Below, piece by piece: positions 46,101 to 53,650 of a stretch of 60,551 nucleotides of DNA. This stretch comes from Bdellovibrionota bacterium. Its GTDB lineage: Bacteria > Bdellovibrionota > Bdellovibrionia > Bdellovibrionales > UBA840. The stretch lies in the NCBI GenBank assembly GCA_036140815.1, contig JAYZXX010000046.1, positions 1 through 60,551 on the forward strand, written 5' to 3'. A program made the translations under genes and the position numbers. Position 1 is the stretch's first letter. Each line of letters opens with the position of its first letter. The notes under the pieces were generated by a model. That model was not told where the DNA came from. It worked only from the letters and a program-made list of their open reading frames with translations, and made no database searches.

Positions 46101-49100
46101 AAGTGCGAGGTTATTCTGCGGGCAGTGGAAATGGTCGAAACGACAGATGTAATCAAGTGGATTGTGCTCCTGGTTATTATTGTGACCAAGTGGGAAGTGT
46201 TGGTGGAACTTCAAATCTACCATCCGATGCTGCTGGTGTTTGTCGTGCGCAAGATGAAATCGTTTGGGATAGAACTAATTCTTATGGAGGCCCAGGAACC
46301 CCAGGAGGAGCTCTTCGAAGAACGACTATGGGATTTTTAGGAGGATCACCACCTCCATCTCCTGCTTGTGGGGTTTATGCTGGAACTGATTTTATTGGTG
46401 CCGACTGTGCTTGTGGTTGGGCTAGGGACTGTAATAACAATATTACCGGTTTGGGAAGTTGTAATTCAGCGGCATTAAAATGTACTAATACTGGGATTGA
46501 TTGTAATGCGAACGAAGCATCGGCCGCGGCTTGTTTAATTCTTGGTACTATTGGTGGAACTGGAATTAGTGAATCCGATATCAGTGGACGCCCAAATTAT
46601 ATCAATACGAGTACCTCAATAACGGCATATGCGCCTCTTATGTCAGGTAATACTTTAAATCCAGCAGCATGTTTACCGGATGCAAATTATCGTGGTTATA
46701 TCGGGTACCAAACTGATTATTCAGGGACAGGGACGCCAGCTATTACTTATGCTGAAAGCCTAAGTGCTGGTGAATCTGCGGATTATGATGTTAACGGTGG
46801 CCGTTGCACATGGGCAAAAGGAAATGGTGCTACTTGTGGTTGGGAAGAAACTCGAGATAATGAACACCTTCGTCACCAAACCAATGGTCATGAATGGTGT
46901 GTTGCTGGAACGAATGTTTATGGGGACTGGGATTGGACGACCAACTCTTCTACTAATCATGCTACTTGTGTTAACTTTGCAAGTAATGCTTATACAAACA
47001 ATTCCTGTCTAACTCAACATGGTAGGGCTTGTCGTGACTTAGAATTAAAGCCAGGGCAAACAGATTACAATATTGGTGATGTAATTAACTGTAATAATGG
47101 TAGTTCTCCTGCTCCAAGTGCTCCATCCGGAACTGTTGCTTGGGTTAACAAGGGAGGCCCATACACTTGTGATGGTGATTGGAGTTCAACAGGATCCACT
47201 AGCTGTTCTGGAGGTTTAACTTGGGAATATAGTGGTTCACCAACCACATGTACGGGGACTTGGGTTGCTGGTGCATCTAGTGCCTGTGGCGGGAGTGCAA
47301 TTTGGACTTCTGCTGGATTTGGATGTGATCCTTCTGGTACTCCCTGTACAGGAGGGGCGTCATTAGGCAATGCATGTTCATCGGCAGGGAGCGTTTGTTT
47401 CTATAATACTTCCTGTGGTTCACCAAATTTTTGTCTTGATTCACTAGGTGCAAACTGTGATCCAATGTTACATTGTACTTCACTCGGAGGATCCTGCCCT
47501 GCTGATACTTGTAACTCTTTAGGAAGCCCATGTACGATCGGTGATACTTGTGATGAAATATCAGGTTCCACTCAAACGCTTTATTCTTGTAACGATACCT
47601 CATCTTGTGGAAGTTATAGCACTGGGGATATTCAGGGGGATACATGTTTTACAGCGGGTAATACCACAGCTAGGAGAAATGGTACTGCTGTTCAGAACTA
47701 TGTTTGTTCTTGTGGCTCAGGTGGTAATAGCAATTGTGAGAATTTATCGGATGGTTTCACAGATCCTACATCTCCTCAAGTTGGTTGTACTCAAGATACA
47801 TTTGGAAAAACCTGTAGTAGAACAGATGCGGATACAACCTATAGTTATGAATGTACTGGTTGTGAATTTACAACTTCCTCTTCTCAAACTTATCCTTTCG
47901 CAGCAAGTTCGGGAACTTTTATAAGCGATGCGACCACCTTACCAAGTTGTTCTGATTCAACAAGCTGTACAACATTAGACGATGCTGGAGCTGATGGAAC
48001 TCAAAACACCGGTTATTGTTATGACTCTTCAACGGATAGAATTCACTATCGTGAATGTGAGGTTCAGTCCTGTAGTGTCCCAGCCCTAGAGTGTAACTAT
48101 AACGAAACTAGCCCAAATCCGTGGTCAGATGACTCGAACAATGTTGATATTGACTTCGCAGGTACTTGTATTGCTACGCAAGGTACATGTGATAACCTTC
48201 CAAGTAATGCCGCTTCTGGTCTTGGTACTGACAATGCTTATTGTCCAAACTTAAATCCATTTGGTGTGGATGATACCGTAAGTTGCTCATATTTTGCGGC
48301 TAATTACTGCTCTGGAGAAAGTTTTACCGCTCCAGATGGTGCGGGTGGTACTCTTAACTGTCCAAATGCGGGAGCGTCAACAGCCGCCATGGAATGTTTT
48401 GGAGACTCATCAAATCTTCCAAAAGCAACTTGTTCAGGAGCGCCTGGAACGGTTTGTGTTCCTTTCACTGACTGTACTTCAGCAACTCCATTAAATTGTG
48501 AAGCAAAAGTGGCTTGTGCATCAGACGAGTTGTATTACGCAAATCAAGCAGATTGTTATTCCACGCATGGTTCTTCAAATTGTTCAGCAATCACGGCTTA
48601 CAATTTAGCTGGTGGATATTGTGGAAGAGGTTGTCCAGGAGGAATCCAGTCTTATGCTTCTGAGGCAAGTTGTGAAAATTCGGCCCAACCGAACCATGAT
48701 CTTCAATGTGCTGAAACAAGATCGGGGAGTGGAGTTTGGTGTCCTGCGACTTGCCCAACGGATTCAGGAATGTCTTCAGATCCAAAAGGCTATTCAAGTC
48801 TTACTGCCTGTGAAGATGGCGGAACTTACCAATGTGAAATTAGAAGTTTTATAAATACTAGAACTTCTTCGCAAGCCCCAACGACGACACAGAATACTAC
48901 GACTTATCCTTTAAGAACCTCAGGTACTTCAAACCCTGTAAGTTTGACAGGATTAAGTGGGGCGATATATAGCTCATCTTCTCCTTACTGTAGAATAAGA
49001 CCTGTACAATGTACAAATGCTTGCTGTGCCCCTGATGTGGAGTTTTATGATTGGTCTGATTGCGTTCTCGCCACAGGAAATCCTGCGTCTTGTGGAGCGA

Positions 49101-51175
49101 TCATTGATTCTGGAACTTGTCAGGATAAATCAGGTTGTTCAGGAACAACCTACGCCAGAGATGACGCAAGTTGTGTTGGTTCCACTCCAAATGTTGGAGA
49201 CTCGGTTAGTGCATCTTGTTGTTCAGGTTCAGGATCGTGTTACTACTTGGGTTCCTATACTTATGACAGAGTTGATAATGGGCTGCCAGAGACAGAGGAG
49301 TTATTCTGTACATCCACTGTTGCTGCTAGTGCTACGCCACCGACTGTAACTCCTGCAAGTTGTAGTGGAACTATGGCTTGGGAAAATCCTGGAAGCATTG
49401 AGAATTTTGATTGTGCAACGGCAAATGGTGGGCCTTTCCCTTTATGTCAGACAAACACATCTTGTGGAGTTGAAAATGAAGGTGATTATAGATGTGATGA
49501 TGTTGGATCACAATGTAGGGTGAGAAGATGTAGTTGCTCTGGAACTTTCACCCCTGAACAAACAACATCACCATCTACAAAACAGTGGACAACTGGAAAG
49601 TGTGCCGATGCACCGGAAAGATATAGGGTTGCAACTAGCACAGGTAGTGGATCGACTTGTTCCGAAAATAACGTTGATCGTTGTGAATCCAGAACTTACT
49701 CAGGTGGTCTACCAGGAGTTTGTCAGCAGGTAACGGATCAATTTACAGTTAATTATCATGATGGCACGGGAGCTACCTGTTCTGGTCAGGCTGTGGCTGG
49801 AGAGTGGGGAGCGTGTACGGAGTATGATATTCCAAATGGTGGAAGCTGTCCTCCGGTTGATCCAGATAGATATGAATCTATAGAAGTTTATTGTACACCG
49901 GCCTCGGCAGTTACATGTACGGCAACACCAAACGATTCTTCTGGATATACCGCTCCATGGAGTACGAGTCAGTGGAGTGATGCTGAAACTTACGTAACTG
50001 GAAATGGTTGGCAGATGTGTAATGGTGGTCTTAGTTCTACCACGAATCTGAATGATGCTGGAAACTGTACAAGTGCTCAGAATGGCTCGGTCTGTTACTA
50101 TGCGTATCAATCAGGTAGTGGGCCATCTCTTTACGTTAATGATGCTACTTGTAGCTGTAGCGGAGCACCGTCCACTCCAGCGACGACTTGTTCAGAGTCA
50201 TTCTGTCAAACTAGCTCTGGTGGAACAAACAACCCACCAAGTGCATTTACCTTTGATATTTTCCTGGGAGGAAGTAATACGAGGTACTCTGGTGATTTAC
50301 ACGTAAATATTACTTCTCCTCCAACAGATGCAGATGGTGATACTCTGACTTATACATATTACTTTAGAGCGGGTTGTGAAGATGATGTTGCTACATTTAA
50401 TTATGTGACGAGTTCAGGAACTCCAGGGCCAACAACTTATGGATGGACTAGCTCCGGTACAGCGAATATTACAAGAACACAATGTCAATTGGGCTCTTCC
50501 CACCCTGATCATTGCTCTAATGTAGCTTCTACTTGTACAGATTCATCTGACCTGGGAGAAACTTGTTATCAAAACAGTGCTTTTCCTTGTTCGCCAGGTC
50601 CAAACTCTATGCCTGAGTATACTTGTACTTCTAGCGGTGGAACTACTTTCACTGGTGATGGAACAAATACTACCACTAGCGCTTGTGTGCAAAATCAGTG
50701 GTCAATTCCTTACGGTGACTTCACAGCCCGTTGTACTCCTGGGGATGTAGCTGAGTACATTGTAGCTGTTAGTGTTACGGATGGTACGGATACAGTTTGG
50801 GGGACATCTGGTGGGCAAAACTTTGCAAGTAGGTCTCAGGATACATTGAGTTCAAATAACACTTCCAATATGTGTTCTGCCTCTACCTATTATCGAGTGG
50901 ATTGTGGCGGTTCAGTACAGACCACTGGTCCTAGTGAGAATGGAGAGTCTTGTTCATCTCCACATGGAGACGCCTGTACGGCAGCTCAGAGCGGAGACAA
51001 TATGGGAACCGCCACTTGTACGGAGATTGCCTTGGATTATGGGATTCCACAGCCTAATCACGGTGATGTGACAACGCCAAATTGTTATTGTAGTTCTTGT
51101 GATTATGGCGCTTATGTTAATGGAGACTATAACTCATCAGGAATTAGTGAGCATTATTGTGAAACACCGCCATAA
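43196..51175 (+). CDS. Giant (2659 aa) Cys/Thr/Ser/Gly/Asn-rich surface protein with prepilin-like N-terminal segment
   Basis: A single uninterrupted 7.98-kb ORF. N-terminus 'MIVRVLKVLKDSKG|NTLINVLIGASLLAGGAILV' resembles a type IV prepilin leader plus hydrophobic helix. The C-terminal two-thirds has roughly 7-13% Cys in the stretches I sampled. No SD is visible upstream. Confidence 0.8.
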   Translation: MIVRVLKVLKDSKGNTLINVLIGASLLAGGAILVSQGVVSSRKTSTRLNKASSGQVAAKNIMDYMKTRDNATRTSNVNYYPSNHPFTAADGSTGNVVDHDPKDELSGYNYSSSTPGTNTDPLTIYTVNHSGARYYFAPVWRKDTSALVSSTDWVFEAASAGSFDDEVLDASITDFRASSGLHEELKATGVCGTTNLTAACEEQYENDANIVMANSINTWQSMDALISRMAYFYNEYPDFCTQTIGLPVVTDSNYGTAIDSWIDTNKTNRGDALDFFVDLVDSQLLDIPGAQPDTLQVFLKIEKEDLLSANKATTCSADFEALPPGTQASAGNLTSAGLRVTIQVEYDETDASGNNQTKVAIFSNSFSQSRLSVEPEVLGDPVVTAVPYDTADPYSPVTTINPNGNDEYCGEVREGSGDTGSAPIMEVDTTLRAVAGVPFCRLEYMRPDYGNSFHNGVQFVDAGQPDAAAINSAIEWAMGYKDSGWFLCTMPPRDFQAGFDPEILDITDPFGNSTNSDGKKGLRQMQTDNDLSTVVFENVRTTLDETNQNVKMRIKGLSEGEYKFSVKIVDASRSVSDARSATWKVDLLRPFAITRNIRTVQDSNGRYLVGEFGQPLVGSKHVNGDGDPSNDWVQQLPGQGTRPNEIALLNTLNANFGQSSDGESGELYQCGGGTPMFNPPDQADYVHLYDVLGGGVKWYFGPSRPVSEIYDNGSGDTIEDYFKNGAITGTPDANELLYTDCNLDSSTVVGPLIEAIEANSGEYMVAMQLCDLCGDGAPNQMGFRYWIADFTPQNSSGFTVEVNGGNTSLSSNTFNVMQSAVAPVFEYGIRVQKPAHQVGRYANTKPLPMAAVCEVASVDAPFDSFSANNKDNYTYVTDRFHTNYVIDPVNPTDLYGNPNWVIDPNNQYSSHSFTCSQPNLSDACREDTAPPITGVIAGAAIDACGRFRPDNPPSTKVAIDASTEVNTYQVRGYSAGSGNGRNDRCNQVDCAPGYYCDQVGSVGGTSNLPSDAAGVCRAQDEIVWDRTNSYGGPGTPGGALRRTTMGFLGGSPPPSPACGVYAGTDFIGADCACGWARDCNNNITGLGSCNSAALKCTNTGIDCNANEASAAACLILGTIGGTGISESDISGRPNYINTSTSITAYAPLMSGNTLNPAACLPDANYRGYIGYQTDYSGTGTPAITYAESLSAGESADYDVNGGRCTWAKGNGATCGWEETRDNEHLRHQTNGHEWCVAGTNVYGDWDWTTNSSTNHATCVNFASNAYTNNSCLTQHGRACRDLELKPGQTDYNIGDVINCNNGSSPAPSAPSGTVAWVNKGGPYTCDGDWSSTGSTSCSGGLTWEYSGSPTTCTGTWVAGASSACGGSAIWTSAGFGCDPSGTPCTGGASLGNACSSAGSVCFYNTSCGSPNFCLDSLGANCDPMLHCTSLGGSCPADTCNSLGSPCTIGDTCDEISGSTQTLYSCNDTSSCGSYSTGDIQGDTCFTAGNTTARRNGTAVQNYVCSCGSGGNSNCENLSDGFTDPTSPQVGCTQDTFGKTCSRTDADTTYSYECTGCEFTTSSSQTYPFAASSGTFISDATTLPSCSDSTSCTTLDDAGADGTQNTGYCYDSSTDRIHYRECEVQSCSVPALECNYNETSPNPWSDDSNNVDIDFAGTCIATQGTCDNLPSNAASGLGTDNAYCPNLNPFGVDDTVSCSYFAANYCSGESFTAPDGAGGTLNCPNAGASTAAMECFGDSSNLPKATCSGAPGTVCVPFTDCTSATPLNCEAKVACASDELYYANQADCYSTHGSSNCSAITAYNLAGGYCGRGCPGGIQSYASEASCENSAQPNHDLQCAETRSGSGVWCPATCPTDSGMSSDPKGYSSLTACEDGGTYQCEIRSFINTRTSSQAPTTTQNTTTYPLRTSGTSNPVSLTGLSGAIYSSSSPYCRIRPVQCTNACCAPDVEFYDWSDCVLATGNPASCGAIIDSGTCQDKSGCSGTTYARDDASCVGSTPNVGDSVSASCCSGSGSCYYLGSYTYDRVDNGLPETEELFCTSTVAASATPPTVTPASCSGTMAWENPGSIENFDCATANGGPFPLCQTNTSCGVENEGDYRCDDVGSQCRVRRCSCSGTFTPEQTTSPSTKQWTTGKCADAPERYRVATSTGSGSTCSENNVDRCESRTYSGGLPGVCQQVTDQFTVNYHDGTGATCSGQAVAGEWGACTEYDIPNGGSCPPVDPDRYESIEVYCTPASAVTCTATPNDSSGYTAPWSTSQWSDAETYVTGNGWQMCNGGLSSTTNLNDAGNCTSAQNGSVCYYAYQSGSGPSLYVNDATCSCSGAPSTPATTCSESFCQTSSGGTNNPPSAFTFDIFLGGSNTRYSGDLHVNITSPPTDADGDTLTYTYYFRAGCEDDVATFNYVTSSGTPGPTTYGWTSSGTANITRTQCQLGSSHPDHCSNVASTCTDSSDLGETCYQNSAFPCSPGPNSMPEYTCTSSGGTTFTGDGTNTTTSACVQNQWSIPYGDFTARCTPGDVAEYIVAVSVTDGTDTVWGTSGGQNFASRSQDTLSSNNTSNMCSASTYYRVDCGGSVQTTGPSENGESCSSPHGDACTAAQSGDNMGTATCTEIALDYGIPQPNHGDVTTPNCYCSSCDYGAYVNGDYNSSGISEHYCETPP

Positions 51176-51192
51176 GGCTTAAAAATATCAAA

Positions 51193-51220
51193 AGCCTCGA
51201 CATACTGTCGGGGCTTTTTT
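51193..51220 (+). terminator. Rho-independent terminator after the giant gene (bidirectional; overlaps the stop of the convergent gene)
   Basis: AGCCTCGAC-atact-GTCGGGGCT (9 bp including one G.U) followed by TTTTTT. Confidence 0.75.
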
Positions 51221-52751
51221 AATTGTATTTTTGAATAATCTTTTCAGCTACTTTTATTCCGTCAACTGCAGCACTGGTAATTCCCCCCGCATAACCTGCA
51301 CCTTCACCAGTTGGATAAAGTCCAGCATGACTCACAGATTCTAAGCTTTCTTTGTCACGAGTAATTCGTACGGGACAAGAGGTTCTACTTTCTACGCCAA
51401 AAAGTTGGACGTCATTATCCACAAAGCCAGGCATTTTCTTATCAAAGCTAGTTAGGGCTTCTTTTAAATTTTCACAAATTTCTTTGGGCAACAACTGATT
51501 AAAGTCCACAGCACTGGCACCACTTGGGCAGGAGCCTTTTTCAACAGAACCTATTTTTTCCTTAAGAAAGTCTGTAACTCGTTGGGCGGGAAGCTCATTA
51601 CTTCCAGAGTTTTTTTGTACTTGTTGAAAAGCTTTCTGTTCTAAGTTTTCGCGCCATTTCAAACCAGCAAATTTATCTTGCGAGTCTTTTCCAGGGTCTA
51701 CACTTACGACAATGGCGGCATTGGCAAAAGGGGAGTTACGGCGATAGTTACTCATACCATTTGAAACCACTCCATTAGCTTCTGTACCTGAAGATAATAT
51801 TAGTCCACCGGGACACATACAAAAGCTATACACTCCGGTGGATTTATCTGGGGAATTCCAGGTTAGCTTGTAATTGGCAGATCCTAATTTAGGGTGATCA
51901 TGAAAGTCACGATATTGAATTTTATTAATTTTCGATTGCGGATGTTCGATTCTCAGGCCGACAGCAAAGGGTTTTTGTTCCATAAAAACCCCAATTTCTT
52001 CTAAATGAAAAAACATATCATTGGCTGAATGACCTGTTGCTAAAATTATATCTTCTGAATGAAATACTCGTCCATCTTTGCTCTCACAACCTACGATTTT
52101 ATTGTCTTTTGCTAAGAGTTTTTCTACTTTGGTTTCAAAATAAATCTCGCAACCTTTTTCTTTTAAAAATTCTCTGAGTTTTGGAATCACGCGACGAATT
52201 CGATCAGAACCAACATGGGGATTGGAGAGGTAACGAATTTCTTCTGGTGCACCAAATTGTATTAAGCGATCAAGTACATAAGGGATAAACTCGCTTTTAA
52301 TTCGAGTGATAAGTTTTCCATCGGAATAGAGACCAGCCCCTCCTTCTCCGTAGCAAACATTGTTATCTGGGTCCAATTCGCCATAACGCCAAAAGCGATT
52401 AATCTTTAACATTCGTTGCGCGCATTCTTTTCCTCGTTCTATTAGAATGCAGGGAACGCCTCTTTCCACAAACCGAAGGGCTGCAAATAAGCCTGCTGGT
52501 CCACTGCCAATTATAATGGGTTTTTGCGGCGGCTGGCTTTTGGCATTTTCTAGTGGGAACTCAGGATTTGTAGCCTGTTCATTTTGTTCAAAGACTTCTA
52601 AGCTATAGACCTCGCGAAGTTCATGTCTTTTTCGAGCATCAATGGATTTTCTAAGAATGCGATAAGAAGAATAATTAGGAATATGTCGTTCAACGATTTC
52701 ATCTAAATTTTCATCCAGACGAATTTTAATATTAGTCAGTTTCTGGCTCAT
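51219..52751 (-). CDS. FAD-dependent oxidoreductase (COG2509-like uncharacterised dehydrogenase)
   Basis: Dinucleotide-binding 'IIIGSGPAGLFAALRFVERG', 'GEGGAGLYSDGKL', C-terminal 'GLYPTGEGAGYAGGITSAAVDG'. Confidence 0.8.
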   Translation of the reverse strand: MSQKLTNIKIRLDENLDEIVERHIPNYSSYRILRKSIDARKRHELREVYSLEVFEQNEQATNPEFPLENAKSQPPQKPIIIGSGPAGLFAALRFVERGVPCILIERGKECAQRMLKINRFWRYGELDPDNNVCYGEGGAGLYSDGKLITRIKSEFIPYVLDRLIQFGAPEEIRYLSNPHVGSDRIRRVIPKLREFLKEKGCEIYFETKVEKLLAKDNKIVGCESKDGRVFHSEDIILATGHSANDMFFHLEEIGVFMEQKPFAVGLRIEHPQSKINKIQYRDFHDHPKLGSANYKLTWNSPDKSTGVYSFCMCPGGLILSSGTEANGVVSNGMSNYRRNSPFANAAIVVSVDPGKDSQDKFAGLKWRENLEQKAFQQVQKNSGSNELPAQRVTDFLKEKIGSVEKGSCPSGASAVDFNQLLPKEICENLKEALTSFDKKMPGFVDNDVQLFGVESRTSCPVRITRDKESLESVSHAGLYPTGEGAGYAGGITSAAVDGIKVAEKIIQKYN

Positions 52752-52810
52752 TATCTACTCCGAGGGCTATCTATTCCCTAAAAAGTTCACCCCCAAGCAT
52801 ATACCACACC

Positions 52811-52835
52811 CAAAAGGGTGGCTGCCACCCTTTTG
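52811..52835. repeat. REP palindrome, copy in inverted orientation (central CTG)
   Basis: 'CAAAAGGGTGGCTGCCACCCTTTTG'. Confidence 0.85.
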
Positions 52836-52875
52836 ACATTTGTCCGAAAAAAATACCCAAAAACCCCCAATATGT

Positions 52876-52900
52876 CATTTGGGTGGCAGCCACCCGTTTG
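52876..52900. repeat. REP palindrome (central CAG)
   Basis: 'CATTTGGGTGGCAGCCACCCGTTTG'. Confidence 0.85.
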
Positions 52901-52960
52901 CATACATAAAACTACATTTATGTGATTTATAATTGGCATGAAAGCTGCTTAAGAAGGGGT

Positions 52961-53593
52961 ATGCCAAGACTTCCATTAATTTATACCCATGAACTACCGT
53001 ATCACATTACTGCGAGAACAAACAACCAAGAGTGGTTTCAATTACCCCTAAGAGAGGTATGGAATATTTTTACAAGCAATTTAAGGTACATAAATAGAAA
53101 ATTTGGTTTTCAAATTCATGCCTTTGTTTTGATGAACAACCACTACCATTTGATTGGAACCTGCTCTGAAAATCATAATTTAGCTGAGGTGATGGGAGTT
53201 TTTCAAACAATAACAGCAAAGGAAATTAATATAAAATCCGGAAATATAAATCATGTGTACGGAAAAAGATATCGTGCATCTTTGATAGGAGATCAATTTT
53301 ACTATGGAGCTGCCTTGAAATATGTATTCAGAAATCCGGTAACAGCAAAGCTTTGTCCCAAAGTAGAAAATTGGCAGTACTCAACGGTGTCTTCTTTTCA
53401 ATTGAAATCTTATGCAAAAATACCCATATCCTGCCATTACTTTGAAAAACCATTGGTCTTGTTTGAGAAGAATCTATGTTCATGGTTTAACGATGATTTT
53501 TATGACAAGGACTATATAAAAATAAAACAAGGACTATCAAAAAGTCGATTTAAGTTTCCGAAAAGATCTGGAAATCTGGACAGATTTTTATGA
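52961..53593 (+). CDS. REP-associated tyrosine transposase (RAYT; IS200/IS605 TnpA-like Y1 HUH enzyme)
   Basis: AAGAAGGGG RBS before the ATG at 52961. 'YHITARTNNQEW', HUH motif 'LMNNHYHLI', and the Tyr region 'ALKYVFRNPVTAKL'. Confidence 0.8.
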   Translation: MPRLPLIYTHELPYHITARTNNQEWFQLPLREVWNIFTSNLRYINRKFGFQIHAFVLMNNHYHLIGTCSENHNLAEVMGVFQTITAKEINIKSGNINHVYGKRYRASLIGDQFYYGAALKYVFRNPVTAKLCPKVENWQYSTVSSFQLKSYAKIPISCHYFEKPLVLFEKNLCSWFNDDFYDKDYIKIKQGLSKSRFKFPKRSGNLDRFL

Positions 53594-53614
53594 TATAAAA
53601 TTAATCACTATGTT

Positions 53615-53640
53615 ATTTGGGTGGCAGCCACCCTTTTGAC
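53615..53640. repeat. REP palindrome (central CAG)
   Basis: 'ATTTGGGTGGCAGCCACCCTTTTGAC'. Confidence 0.85.
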
Positions 53641-53650
53641 TATGGTTGTG

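Larger units (their letters stand above)
52811..53640 (+). mobile_element. RAYT locus: REP-associated tyrosine transposase gene bracketed by REP palindromes
   Basis: An inverted REP pair lies upstream (52811-52835 and 52876-52900). One REP lies 22 nt after the stop (53615-53640). HUH/Y1 transposase gene lies between them. Confidence 0.7.

Noticed and set aside
43597-50306. About 20 alternative-frame and antisense ORFs of 60-133 aa inside the giant gene (for example 47277-47645, 47541-47924, 49709-50110, 49017-49349).
   Set aside because: All are nested in a single continuous 7.98-kb ORF with a coherent protein-like translation. Their own translations are low-complexity frame-shadow sequences, and the local stop-codon-poor composition explains them.
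52934-52949. Sigma-54-like promoter TGGCAT-N5-CTGCT, with correct GG/GC spacing, just upstream of the RAYT gene. An NtrC-type activator is encoded in the window.
   Set aside because: The predicted start site would fall on or within 2 nt of the ATG at 52961, downstream of the apparent AAGAAGGGG RBS. A single near-match in 60 kb of sequence could arise by chance. It is worth revisiting only if TSS data exist.
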